From contig OX597815.1 in the NCBI GenBank assembly GCA_951406725.2, positions 38,688,001 through 38,752,000 on the forward strand: DNA of 64,000 nt, written 5' to 3'. Shown one piece after another: positions 42,213 through 55,926 of this stretch (position 1 is its first letter; the number at the start of each line of letters is the position of its first letter). The position numbers were made by a program, and so were the translations under genes. The stretch is from Octopus vulgaris (taxonomy: Eukaryota). The notes under the pieces were generated by a model. The model ran no database searches. It saw nothing but the letters and a program-made list of their open reading frames with translations, and was not told the origin of the DNA.

Positions 42213-44665
42213 AAAGTATCAAAATAACAAACTCGGCATCTGAACAACTTTGGACCCACATAACAACTGAAGAGGTCACCCAGGCACTGCAAAACTAAGC
42301 AACTGGAAGGCACCTGGGCATCACAAGATCCCCAACTTCTGGTTGAAATATCTAACAGGAATGCACAAAAAGCTGGCTGAAAACTTTAACAGCATACTAG
42401 CAGAGCCAGAGACAATGCCTGAATGGCTCACGAAGGGGAAAACCATCTTAATTCCCAAATCAAATGAAACAACAAAACCAGAAAACTACAGACCAATAAC
42501 CTGCCTCCCTACTATGTTCAAGGCATTTACTGCAGTGATATCGCAAAAGCTGAACAAGCACCTGGACGAAAACAAACTGTTCCCAGAAGAACAGAAAGGA
42601 TGCCGCAAAGGCTCATATGGCTGTAAAGATCAACTAATGATTAATAAAGCCGTAACTGAAGACAGCCACAGAAAGAAGAAAGGCCTCAGTATGGCCTGGA
42701 TTGACTACAAAAAGGCGTTTGATAGCATCCCCCACACATGGATCCTCGAAACACTAGCCATTAACAAAGTAGCACCAACAATCATAAAATTCATAGAGCA
42801 CTCTATGAATAAATGGCAAACAGTCCTACACCTCCAAACAAAAGAGGGACTCATGAAAACCAAAGACATCCCCATTAGAAGAGGAATATTCCAGGGAGAC
42901 ACGCTCTCTCCACTCCTTATCTGCTTGGCACTGTCACCTCTATCTGATATGCTAAATAGAACTGGATGCGGATATAAATGTTACGGCAAAACGATCAGCC
43001 ACCTTTTATATATGGATGACCTAAAACTATACGCTGCAAATGACAAACAGCTGGAAACACTATTAAAGACAGTTCATGGATTTACCAAAGAAATAGATAT
43101 GAAATTTGGATTAGAAAAATGCGCCAAAGTAACCATGAAAAGAGGAAAACTAGTTAAGAGTAACAACATCACACTAGATAAAACCAATGAAATAAAAGAA
43201 TTAGACCAAAGCCAAACTTACAAATACTTAGGAATCCATGAACTAGATAAGACACAACACTCACAAATGAAAGAGAAAATAAAAAAAAGAATATTATAGA
43301 CGAGTTAGATCAAGACTAAAAACAGAGCTCAATGCTAAAAACAAGATAATAGGTATCAACACTTTAGCTGTCCCAGTTATAAGTTACAGCTACAATATCC
43401 TTAACTGGACACGAAATGAACTGTCCAAAATAGATAGGAAAACAAGAAAAATACTGACAGGATCTAGGATGCATCACCCAAAATCTGACATAGAAAGACT
43501 ATATATACAACGTATAGAAGGTGGTAGAGGCCTTATACAGCTGGAAAACTACTATAAAATAACCACCATAGGACTGCAAAAATACCTACTTCAGAAGGAA
43601 GGAAAACTGATCCAGATAGCAGCAAAACACGAGCAAAACAAAAAACTGTTCTCAGTATTTAAGGAAGCTGACAAATACAAACAAGAAATCAAACCACCTA
43701 ATAAACATGAAGAAGAAGAAGATGATGAAGAAACAACAAAAGCTATAAAACAAATGAAATCCAAACTAAAAATAGAACAGCAACGAGCCATGATAAAACG
43801 ATGGCAAGAAAAGCCCCTTCATGGTAAATACTGACTAAACTAAATGCAAAAGAAATAGACAAAGAAAAATCCCAGCAATGGTTGAGAAGCTCAGGACTCA
43901 AAGCAGAAACAGAGGGATTTTTAATTGCAGCACAAGACCAAAGCCTCCCCACCAGAAATTACCAAAAACATGTAATGAAAAGAAATATTACAAGTAACTG
44001 CAGAATATGCGGAGATGAACAAGAAACAATAAATCATATTATCTCTAGCTGCCCAGTCCTGGCTAAGAAGGAATATATTCACAGACATGACAAAGTTGGA
44101 ACCTACATACATTGGAAGCTATGCCAACATTATGGAATAACAACAGAAAAAAGATGGTATAGGCACACACCAGAAAAGGTCACAGAAAACGAGAAAGCAA
44201 CCATACTCTGGGATATGCCGATACACACAGATAGAGAAATTAAGGCCAACAGACCAGATATAGTTGTCAGAGATCATGAAGAGAAAAAATGCTTTCTAAT
44301 TGATGTATCAATACCGGCAGATGACAACGTGTCTCTAAAAGAAATGGAGAAACTCTCAAAATACAAAGACCTGGAAATAGAGGTAACTAGAATGTGGAAC
44401 CTGAAAACAGAAACAATTCCTATCATAGTAGGTGCATTAGGCATGATAAAAAAATATTCAGACAAATACATAACAAAAACACCAAGACTTACAAACACAT
44501 ATAACATACAGAAAATTGCACTACTAGGCACTGCACACATCCTACGCAGAACACTTTCCATACAATAACCATCAGAGCATCACAACAAATCACAGCACAT
44601 ACCCAAGGCACACGGAGCTGCGCTCGGTAGTGAAGTGAAAGCACGCTATAAAAATAAAACTACTG
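42213..44665 (+). mobile_element. 5'-truncated R4/Dong-type element, family A (RT + CCHC + RLE; frameshifts and a stop)
   Basis: ORFs 42343..43299 (GIFQGDTLSP, YMDDLK), 43469..43834 and 43882..44568 (CRIC..H..C, RHD, RPD, D, K..KY); (AAT)n on both sides. Confidence 0.95.
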
Positions 44666-44714
44666 AATAATAATAATAATAATATCATCAGTATTATTAT
44701 CATTATTATTATTT

Positions 44715-45290
44715 ATTGTTTTTGCACAGCTTCTAACTCTGGAGGTGTGCTACGGAGCCAGATGTTCACTACAAGTGAACTAAGGTAACACCTCTTATTT
44801 TTCGAGCACCTTCCGGAGTATTCGAGCGGTTCCAAGCAGTGCTGTTTTCTGCAAGTGCTCCACTCTTATTGCAGCCCATATTTGTTTCATGTACTTCTTA
44901 ACATTTTTACTCACTGTTCCCAGGGCTCTGACATTTATCGGTACTACTACCATCTTTTTGCTTGACCACACCTGCTTAACCTCCCAAACTAATCTATCAT
45001 ATCTATCGTCTTTTATTTCTTCTTTATCGCATACCTTGTTGTCAGCTGTGTATGTTATATCTATGATCCAGCATCGTCTGCGTTCTTTCTCAATTAACAT
45101 ATGTCTGGTTTCCTATTCTTTATCTCATAGTCGCACTGAATCATAAAATCCCATAGGATCTTTGCATTATCATTTTCGATGTTGCCTTCGGGTTTATGTT
45201 CGTACCACTTTTTTGCTCTGTCAAGTCTATACTTGTTGCAAAGTGTCCAATGGACAATCCTTGTTATATTGTCATGACATCTTTGATATT
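44715..45290 (-). mobile_element. 3' fragment of R4/Dong-type element, family E
   Basis: ORF 44795..45100 (IIDI...RYDRL...LQKTALLGTARILRKVLE); tail is TAA-rich on the minus strand. Confidence 0.8.
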
Positions 45291-45299
45291 CTTTCTGGT

Positions 45300-45930
45300 G
45301 TACATCTGATATGGTGTAACAATCACCACTAGATCAAAATCAGAATGTAATATAGGCTGTTATCAGCATTTCGCAACATTCCCTCCCCTTTGTCGAGAGT
45401 CGTGGCATGCCGTCGAAGTGGGCGCTAAAGTCCATCCTGCGTTCCAGATTTCCATTTGTCCCAAACAGTTGAGGGAAGTGCTGCTCAAATGCCACATCCG
45501 CTCGGGCTCCAGTACCCTGCGCCGAAGACCGTATAGTGACATTGTTACCACGTTGCGCCTCTGCCACTTGGATCCATCAAGCATACCCAGTAACTGGGAA
45601 GGCCTTCTAAGCCTATCTAGGTTGACCATACAGATCACAAATTTGTGGTGTGTGTAGCCGATCAGTTTGAAAAGTGGACAACTTACACTATCTTTATCTA
45701 CCAGCCTACAGAATACCTTGACGGACCGAGCGAGCGATGCTAAACGATTCCGACAAATCACCGTTTGCTTTGATCACTGAACAGATGCCGCTATACGTTG
45801 CAGCGATCCAGCCTCTGAAAACGGCACCGAAGCCAGACGCTGGCAGGACTGCCCCCAAATATTGATGGTCGACCCTGTCAAAACCTTTTGATTGATCCAA
45901 GCCCCACCCATTCCAGGTTCCTTCCCAATC
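45300..45930 (-). mobile_element. L1/Tx1-like RT fragment
   Basis: DQSKGFDRVDHQYL...GFG...WI...SVRQG. Confidence 0.65.
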
Positions 45931-46025
45931 CTCTCTGCTTTCAAAGGACGTGAAGGTGGACGAAATGCTGCTAAGTATTTTGCCCGACGTGCTAACGGTT
46001 CTGCCAGCTCGCTACCTTAATAATC

Positions 46026-46072
<47 letters not shown>

Positions 46073-46092
46073 TATAAGTATAATGATAATAA

Positions 46093-47428
46093 TAGGGTGG
46101 TGCATAGAATGCACCACCCTAAGGCAGATACAGAACGACTCTATCTGCCAAGAAAAGAGGGAGGCCGTGGTCTTTTGCAACTGGCAATAACAATGAAGAT
46201 TGCTACAATTGGCCTAGACACCTACCTGAAAAACTCTGAGGACTGGATGCTAAAACTTGTCTCAAAACATGAAAACAAGAAAGCATCATACTCAGTCACA
46301 AAACAGGCAAAGGAATATCTAAGTGAATTCCGAATACAACCAATTTCGGAATTAGAGATAGATATACAAGAAACAAGCACAGAAAAAGCTAGGCGCATGA
46401 AAACCCGTGCCAAAACTGCGGCCTTAGATATTCTGAATAATAAATGGCAAGAAAAACCTCTCTATGGCAAATACCCAAAGAGAGCGAATAATGCAGATAT
46501 CGACAAAGCCCTGACCCATCAATGGCTAATGGCCTCTGGCTTAAAATCTGAAACAGAGGGGTTTATCATAGCAGCTCAAGATCAATGCCTACCAACAAGA
46601 AACTACCAGGCCAACATATTAAAGATCAGAAGCAGTCCAACGTGTCGTGTATGCAAGCAACAAAATGAAACCATTGACCATGTGGTCTCCAAGTGCAGTC
46701 TTCTAGCGCCTACTGAGTATCTCAACAGGCACGATAGAGCTGCACAATATATTCACTGGGTAATCTGTAAAAACCTGGATTTGCCCCATGAAAAAAACTG
46801 GTGGAAACACAAACCACCCCCAGTGCTTGAAAATGACCACATCTCACTCCTCTGGAACTTCACCATTCAAACTGACAGGAAGATAGATGCAAATAGGCCA
46901 GACATCATATTGAAAAACTTCAAACAAAGAACATGCCTCCTCATTGATATGACTGTCCCAATCGATATAAACGTATCTGTCAAGACCTACCAAAAACTGA
47001 GCAAATATAAAGATCTTGAAATAGAAATCAGCAAAATGTGGAAGCTGAAGACTAAAACAATACCTGTTGTCATAGGTGCCCTGGGAATGATAGCAAAAGG
47101 GGCTGATAGCTACCTAACTCAGATACCAGGAAACCCAAAAATGGCAGAAGTTCAAAAGATAGTGCTCATGGGAACTGCTCATATCCTACGCAAAATACTC
47201 TCTATGTAATCTCAAGGTTTAAAACAGACATAATTTACGGTTTAAAAAAAAAAAAAAAAAAAAAAAACTTTTTTTTTTAGACATTCATTAGTACAACATC
47301 CCCACCCCCCAAATATATGGCACACTAGGCATAACAACAACATGAACTTCCAACCCTGTTGTCTCTTGAGGTCTCTGGGTGAGACTTGGAGCCAACTTGT
47401 ACAAATATAAAGCAAAAGTCAAACATAG
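46093..47428 (+). mobile_element. 5'-truncated family B element with snap-back 5' end and TSD
   Basis: Open frame HRMHHPKAD...CRVC..H..C...RHD...RPD...ILSM*; nearly identical to 61520-62835. Confidence 0.95.
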
Positions 47429-47456
47429 AATAATAATAATAATAATAATTATAAGT

Positions 47457-47517
<61 letters not shown>

Positions 47518-47519
<2 letters not shown>

Positions 47520-48043
47520 GACCTGATCTAATACCACGCAGTGGCTCTCATAGCTTCTGATCTTAATTGATTGGAAGTGCTATCATGTAAATTGTTTTGT
47601 CTTGGTATAAAAGATGGGCTACAGCAATACCACAGATTTGCTTGTCAGTTGTTTGACCTTAACCGTTGAGCATGTCCCTTAGTGGCTGACGATATGTGCA
47701 TCTCTGATCACGAGCAGAAGTAGTGGGGGAGCATCATAGCCATGTATTGAGAAGGATTCTTTGGGGTTTGAATAATTCACCTCTGAAAAGATGGTCGTTT
47801 CCTTCAATATCCTTAAACAACCCTTATGCAGGAACCTTTTGAGCGGGATGGGCTACTCGACCAGAAGAAAATACTAACCGGGCCACACCTGTTTATCTTG
47901 ATATGAGATCACCATGTCATGCATATATGGTTGTGATGCATGTGCCTAGTGTACCCTTATCAGACGGGTAGTCATGATAGGTATACTGGGCTTCGTATAT
48001 TTACCCCAGTGTCACTTTGATGGCATGCACTGCTCTCTCACTC
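47518..48043 (+). mobile_element. Non-coding TAA-associated element, near full-length copy
   Basis: Matches 10998-11569 and is flanked by (AAT)n. Confidence 0.85.
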
Positions 48044-48050
48044 AATAATG

Positions 48051-48123
<73 letters not shown>

Positions 48124-48125
48124 TA

Positions 48126-48182
<57 letters not shown>

Positions 48183-48299
48183 GTGATGATGTAGACTGTA
48201 TTTACATTCAACAGTATTTACATAGACTGTAGACTGTATTTACATAGGGCAGTATTTACATTGGAAAATATGTAGACAATACAAAATCAGCACTCCTGC

Positions 48300-48848
48300 T
48301 TAATGGTATGAACATCATCTTAAGTCATCGTTGAAGGTAAAAATGTCAGTATCCTCTGGGATTTTCCATTCAACAGCGACAAAACGATCCAGGCTAATTG
48401 ACCAGACATAGGCATTAAAGAGAGGGAAGAAAACACTTGTAGATTAATTGATGTTAACGTTACCACTGATAAAAAAAATATCTGTAAAGGAATTTCTCAA
48501 ATGAAGTAAATATAAGGACTTGGAAATTGAAATGCAAAAGATGTGGCATCTGAAAGCAAGAACTGTTCCTGTTATTGTAGGTTCCCTAGGTATGATAAGA
48601 AAGGGATGTTAAAAACATCTAGATAATATCCCAGGAGAACCATGTCTCTGAGAAATCCCAAAGATTTTGCTGTAGGTACTGCCCATAACCTTAGAAAAAT
48701 CTTGTACTATATGTTGATATTTCGCTAATACCCCTGCCACTTCTCCTCCCCAAGCTTTTAGTTATACTGTAACATTTCATTCTTTACTCGCCCTAAGATA
48801 CTGGGTATGTCTCAGTAAGTGATTGTAACAAACATGCAGATTAAAAGT
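48300..48848 (+). mobile_element. Decayed 3' fragment of R4/Dong-type element, family D
   Basis: ILWDF.I..DK.IQAN.PDI...LIDVNVTTD...KYKDLEIEMQKMWHLKARTVPVIVG; ends in TAAATAAT. Confidence 0.8.
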
Positions 48849-48865
48849 AAATAATATTAATAATT

Positions 48866-49063
48866 TTTTCTACTAAAGGCACGAGGAGTGGGCGATTAAG
48901 CGATTACAGTGTTCCCAGTGTTTCACTAGTACTTAATTTATCGACCCCGAAAGGATGAATGGCAAAGTCGACCTCGGCGGAATTTCAACTCAGAACGTAA
49001 AAACGGGCGAAATACCGCTAAGCATTTCGTCTGGCGCGCTAACGATTCTGCCAATGCACCGCC
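48866..49063 (-). mobile_element. SINE family 2 copy
   Basis: Matches 28978-29191. Confidence 0.85.
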
Positions 49064-49100
49064 TTAATAATGATGATGATGATAATAATAATAATAATAA

Positions 49101-49233
49101 TATGCTCTGATGCAGTACCAGGCAGTGGCTCTCATGGCTTCTGATCTTAACAGATTGGAAATGTTATCATGTACATTGCTTTGTCGTAGTCTAACAGATG
49201 GGCTACAGCATATATTCCACCCAATACCACAGA
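49101..49233 (+). mobile_element. 5' part of the non-coding TAA-associated element
   Basis: GCTCTGATGCAGTACCAGGCAGTGGCTCTCATGG..., between (AAT) tracts. Confidence 0.75.
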
Positions 49234-49258
49234 TTATAATAATAATAACAACAACAAC

Positions 49259-49352
<94 letters not shown>

Positions 49353-50260
49353 TGTGTACATGGAACAAATCTCAAGAAAATCTATTATAATGATGAGTAA
49401 ACAAATATAATATTGAAAGCAAATAAGAAGGAAAGTACTAAAGAAAATTTCATTGCCTGGGATATTCGCAAATATATGGTAAATATCATGCGTCTGAAAT
49501 TTTCGAAATGTTTTAGTTTTTTTTCTCGCATTGAATCTCAGCTGTATATAAATATGCATAATGCTGAGAATGAAAAACAAAATAACAAAATCCAACCAGC
49601 CAGAAATAACTTTCAGCGTCGTAATAAAGTATAACGTCTCTGTATTTTAAAAACATATTGTCATCTACAGTATCCTATTTTTTAAAAAAAATATGCAAAC
49701 GAACCAGAGTCAAGAAAAGTTTGATCTCCTTCACTGCTGGTCTATATTTATTTCATTCCCTGATGAGGCATATAAACATTTTCTACAAGTTAATGTAACT
49801 TCAGTAGCTATTCCTTTGTTATATAAAATCTTGAAAAAAGTTTTCTGTTAAACGAAAATAAGAAAATGAATTTGATAAGTAATATATAATAAAATACAAC
49901 GAAATACAAATTGTCAAAGGAAAGAAAATGTATCCAAATATTTTAACAATTCATTATGATATTTATTTTTGTATTGGTTCCAGGATATTTTCATTTCCAT
50001 TTGCTTCTCGTAGATGCTTTTTTAATTTGTTCAGGTTGTGATTTTTACGTTACTCAAATATGACACGTGTTGGTTAATAAAATGTGTATGAAACTGTACT
50101 TAATAGATAAATAAACGAACATGTGAAGTAGCTTCTCAATCGATGAACTCTGACTGTGTATATTACATATAACTAGATGTGTATGTTGGTTTGTTTACGC
50201 GTGACATTCATAAATATATCTGTGAGTGTTTGTATCTATACGTATGCTTATATATTTATG

Positions 50261-50322
<62 letters not shown>

Positions 50323-50383
50323 TGTGTGTGTCTGTTTCTCTGTGTGTGTGCATATTTTATGTTTATAAATATATATTTGTATG

Positions 50384-50416
<33 letters not shown>

Positions 50417-50520
50417 ATAACGGGAAGGTTTACGAAAATAAACAAAAGACGAAGGCAGGTGGTGTAGAAACAAACAAATGTATAAGTAATAATAAGTATA
50501 AGGAATAGAAATAGAACAAG

Positions 50521-50557
50521 TCTTTTACGTTTCGAGCCTACGCTCTTCGACATAAAG

Positions 50558-50558
<1 letters not shown>
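50521..50558 (-). ncRNA. Degenerate minimal type I hammerhead motif in a short repeat (about 50416-50560)
   Basis: UCUUU-AUGUCGA-A-GAGC(GUAG)GCUC-GAAACGUA-AAAGA: stems intact, core positions 3 and 6 altered. Confidence 0.5.
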
Positions 50559-50597
<39 letters not shown>

Positions 50598-50611
50598 TTG
50601 TATTATGTATG

Positions 50612-50850
50612 TCATCATCATCATCATCATCATCTAACGTCCGTTGTCCATGCTGGCATGGGTTGAACAGTTTGACCAGGCTGGTACGCTGGAAGGCTGC
50701 ACCAGACTCCAGTCTGATTTGACATGGCTTTCTACGGCTGGAAGCCCTTCCTAACGCCAACCACACTGAGAGTGTATTGGGTGCTTTTACGTACCACCAG
50801 AACGGCTGCCATTTACGTGAGACCGGGATGCTTTTACGTGCCATCGGCAG
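50612..50850 (-). mobile_element. RTE-related 3' end fragment
   Basis: (CAT)n followed by TAACGTCCG...CCATGCTGGCATGGGTT, as at 5115-5280. Confidence 0.7.
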
Positions 50851-51643
50851 CACATATATAGCCTTTTGGAGCTCACAAGACGGAAGTACAGCCGGAAGTC
50901 GATAGCCAATAGAAAAGGTAGATAATTCCCAATTGTTACATTTGAGTTATAAGGCATTCTCCCTCCTTGTTTTTAAGAGGTCGTGGGCCAACTGGTTTTT
51001 GGGATCTGACGATATGCCATTAAGCTAAACGCTTTATAGATGGAAACCTATGGCGTAGTTGGCGTTAGGAAGAGCATCCAGGCGTAGAAAGCCATGCCAA
51101 ATCAGGGTGTGATGGGTAAATTGTTAACCTTTGATATTTTTTAATGTCATACTGCGCATTGTTTTTTTTTTTTTTGTCGACAACACAGTATAGTAGAGTC
51201 AGTTGGGCACCATCTATGAGTAACACAGTACCAATATGAATATTTCATAGTGTTTGGGTGTCATCCTGGGGACAGTGCAAAGGATTCGAAAAGAGTTGAA
51301 TGAGTCTAATGGTGATGACGGAGGTCAGAAAACTCACTTTGATCGTTCTGTTAAGAACTCCCGAATTTGTTGGTGAGATTCAGGCCATTATTGACAACGA
51401 CCCCTCCAATTCGAGAAAGCAGTGAGACACGGAATTTGCGAGTGGTCAGCTAAGCGACCGATGTGAAAAGTGGAGAGAAAGAAAGGATAGCTGGCCACAC
51501 ATTTTTTCCTTTGCTCTCACGCACTCACTCACTTCTATTTCTAACCTTTCCACTTTCTCTTTTTTCTCTCTCTCATCCTCTTGTATGCCTTGCCTTTCAC
51601 CTTTCTCCTTTTCATCCTTCATTCTTCCCCTGTTTTCTCTCAG

Positions 51644-51682
<39 letters not shown>

Positions 51683-52019
51683 TGCTCTCTCTCTTGCCCT
51701 CTTTTTCCTCTGCCTGCTACTGTAACGTAACCTGCCATCATTTGGTCATCTGACATGTGTCACACGGTGCACCTGTGCAGGTAATGTCGATTTCATGGAG
51801 GGGGTGGGCTTATGCATACACAAACATTTGATCCCTATAAATAAATCATGAGTGGTAATTCGGTAAAAATTTCTGAACCCTCATATATTGTCTAACGACG
51901 GGAGAGTTCATAATCTATACTATAGATTATGAATATATATAATTTGAATGGAGGCAATGCGAACGGAAAACTAGAGAAACATGATCTATTATCCAATAGA
52001 ATATTCAGTATATATTCTT

Positions 52020-52422
52020 TTCTTTTATTCTTTTACTTGTTTCAGTCATTTGACTGCGGCCATGCTGAAGCACCGCCTTTAGTCGAGCAAATCGACCCCG
52101 AGACTTATTCTTTGTAAGCCCAGCACTTATTCTTTCGGTTTCTTTTGCCGAACCGCTAAGTGACGGGGACTTAAACACACCAGCATCGGTTGTCAAGCAA
52201 TGCTAGGGGGACAAACACAGACATACACACACACACACATATATATATATATACATATATACGACAGGCTTCTTTCAGTTTCCGTCTACCAAATCCATTC
52301 ACAAAGCATTGGTCGGCCTGGGCTATAGCAGAAGACACTTGCCCAAGATGCCACGCAGTGGGACTGAACCCGGAACCATGTGGTTGGTTAGCAAGCTACT
52401 TACCACACAGTCACTCCTGCAC
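52020..52422 (-). mobile_element. SINE family 1 copy
   Basis: Reverse-complement match to 2793-3213. Confidence 0.85.
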
Positions 52423-53222
52423 CTATTTGTGTAATTTCTTCGACATTAATAATTCACTATGTCTTATATTGATGTTTTCTATTTTGCCTGCGTATTAATT
52501 TATATTCATGAGTATTTTTAAATATTTTTAGATACCTACCAATTTTTAAACATCTTATATGATGGTGTTGTAACTTGTAAATTATTATTCCTTTATAGTG
52601 TGAATTTATAATTCACTATATCGTATATCATATCGACGTATTTCTATATCTATTTATGTATCTATTTATGTGTTTATATATTTTTAAATATTTGCGTGTT
52701 TTTAAATATTAAATATTTATACGCTTATATGCTTGTATGTTTTAATACTAATATTATTTCGAACTTTATATTGATTTATTAATGACGAAGAAAGTACACA
52801 CATGTATATTGAATATTCTCTTGGATAATTGGTCATGTTCCTCTAGTTTTCCGTTCGTATTGCCTCCAATCACATTATAAATTGGAACTTAGCTCAATTT
52901 GAGCACTTCGATTCTAGCCTATTTCTGTTTATTGTTAATGTTAACAATCTCTATATAATATAGTATAATTTATATATATATACGTTTAAATATAAAATAC
53001 AAAATGGCTGACGGTTAGTAAGGAGAGACACAAATAAGTATATATATGCTTGCGTGCATGTATGTGCATGTGTGTGTGTGCATGTGTTTGAGAAGATGCG
53101 TCCGTATTTGTTCCCCTCCACTGCTTGACAACCGATGTTGGTGTCTTTACGTCTCCGTAACAAAGCAGCTCGATAAAAATGATAAAAACGATCGAATAAG
53201 TAGCAGGATTTATAAACGACAT

Positions 53223-54179
53223 AACGTATACTGAGTATATAACCGAACGGGAGACTGATGACACAGAAGGTCCCTAATACTTCATCAGTTATCGAGCAAA
53301 TGGTATTACTCAGTTACGCACCATTAAGGATAAGACTGAGAACTTCCCATGCTGGCAGTGCCAGCGAAAGTTGCGAAGAATATAGGGACGGGAGCCAAAA
53401 TAAAAAGACAAAACATAACAATGCAGAGCGGACATACGAAAATGAATAAATGTGATTTAAGACGATGGACAAAGACGAAATAAGTAAGAACCGTGCAAAA
53501 TATAGCCTCAAGTCAAAAAAGACAAGAATGGTGTGTAACACTTAGAAGACATCCTAAGGAACAGAAAATAATAAGACACAGAGTATTTGCGACCGGTCGG
53601 CTACGCAATCGATGTGAAAAGGGTGAGAAAGAAAGGAAAGCTGGTCGCGTAACAGCAGCAGCAGGCAGAGGAGAAAGAGAGGAAGAGAGAAAACAGGGGA
53701 AGGAATAAAGGGTGAAAAGAAGAAAAGTGAAAGGCTAGGAATGAAAGAGGGTGAGAGAGACAGAAAAAAGAGAAAGGGGAAAGGTTAGAAATAGAAGTAA
53801 GGAACGCGTGAGAGCAAAGGAAAAAAAATGGGGCCAGCTTTCCATTTTTCACACCTGTCGCGTAGCTGACCACTCGCAAATTTTCTGTGTCTCTCTCACC
53901 CTTAAGATGTCTTCTAAGCAGTACACACCATTCTTGTCTGAGGCTATATTTTGCTCGTTTCTTATTTATTTCGTTTTCGTCTATCGTCTTAAATCAAATT
54001 TATTCACCTCCGTATATCCACTCTGTATTGTTTTCTTGTGCTTGTTCTCGTCCCTATATTCCCCGCAACTTTCGCGGACACCGTCAGCTTGAAAATTTCT
54101 GTCTTATTAATGGGGCGAAACTGAATATCATTTGGTTTGATAACTGATGAAGAATTAAGGAGCTTCTCAGTATGCGTTA
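53223..54179. repeat. Long diverged inverted repeat (arms about 53223-53645 and 53833-54179) around a purine-rich spacer
   Basis: Collinear reverse-complement blocks, e.g. GACAAGAATGGTGTGTA/TACACACCATTCTTGTC and TTCATCAGTTATC/GATAACTGATGAA. Partial copy at about 51420-51730. Confidence 0.85.
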
Positions 54180-54338
54180 ATCCGTTTGTTTTTTTTCTTT
54201 TGTATACCATACATTTTTTTCATTTATTAAGTAACGGGACGCAACGCACCCCGACGTGAATTAACATTAAGTTATATGTTTGTGTGTGTGTGTACACAAA
54301 CATTTACGATATACATACGTACATACATACATACATAC

Positions 54339-54413
<75 letters not shown>

Positions 54414-54531
54414 TATATAGTTAATCCAAACATGAAAACACCAAGCGAAAACACAACAACGCGAGGACGTGGAACAAATATAGTATTATTGGATGCTCAG
54501 GAAGGAAGGGAAGAAAGAGGGTTTTATATAT

Positions 54532-54572
<41 letters not shown>

Positions 54573-54718
54573 TATATTATATTATATATTATATATTATA
54601 TATAAACCATTAAGAAATGAGACCGCACAGCTTGTAATGGCTTTTTGCTTTACCAAAATCCAATTATCTATACATACTCGCAGATATTGAGTTTCGCAGA
54701 CTCACGCACGCACATAGA

Positions 54719-54783
<65 letters not shown>

Positions 54784-55926
54784 ATACCTAATTTTCCCCC
54801 TATATTGGCAGATCTATATATGTACACCACATAAACCTAAAGAAATACTTGATGCATTATGCATCTCGGTCGCTGGCTACTGCAAGTACCAACCTTGCCG
54901 AGACAGTTGTGAAATAGCAGTCATCGATTTTAGTATGCCATTTAAGGATGATATTTCGTTCGGTATGTTTATGATAGTGGTTGTGTTAAATTTAGTTTAT
55001 GTGGAGCTCATCCATTTCATTATCCTAAAAATGACTGAACACCATCCTGTCGCGAGTTCTCCCACAAATTCAGAAAGGTAATATTTGTACATTAGATTTT
55101 ATTTTTGCCATCCATTATATATAATAACTTTTTTCTGATTCTCAGTCTCAATTTTATAGTTTTATCTAATCGAATGTTTTTTTTTCCGCAAATAGCAATT
55201 GCAATTGCATATAAATCTGTGTAAAAATATTACTATACTTCGTCCATAATATATATGTATACACACTCACACACACGTATATATACATATGTATGTAAGC
55301 ATATATCTATGTGTATCATATCTTTATTTGTGTGTCTCTGTTTGTATAAATATATACAGAGACACAGCAGACAAACAGACTGACAGAAAGAAAGAAAGAA
55401 ACAAACAAACAAACAAAGGAAGGTAGAAAGAAAGGAAGAAAGAAAGGAAGAAAGCGAAATCAAATTCCATACGATATAACGTCTTGCCTTATTTAAATTA
55501 TCTCCATCTCTAGAGGACGTCATAATTAGCAAATAGCTGTTAAGCTCAGCTCCACATGATAGAGAATGACAAGCTCAAGTATCAAGTATTCTCTAAAGTT
55601 AAAACAGTACTAATGAGAAGGACAGGCTTATTGTCTGGAGATAAGAGAACAGTCGCTACTATCTCAAAAGGCACGACAGCCGTCCAACCTTATCTCAAGC
55701 AGCAAAGGACTAAGACTAGGTAACTTGCATAGTTTACTAAAGTATGAGCTAAGTGAAATAGCTAAGAGGGGCCAGTGGCATGCATTTCGCCAACTTAGAC
55801 ACATACAGGAGTATCCAATATCATATGATAACATTAATTCTTAATTTATTAATATTTTATTCGACGCTAGAGGATGTGTCATAATTATCATAGGGCAATT
55901 AAAACCAGCTACGAGATCTACATATA

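Noticed and set aside
45950-47209. 419-aa ORF as a novel poly-Asn fusion gene
   Set aside because: Chance read-through from a SINE head and (AAT)n into a truncated family B copy; the start is not ATG and there are no splice signals.
49760-49800. CTGATGAG hammerhead core
   Set aside because: No matching stem II and GAAA-stem III nearby. The same applies to CTGATGA at about 32267, 36542, 53255 and 54144.
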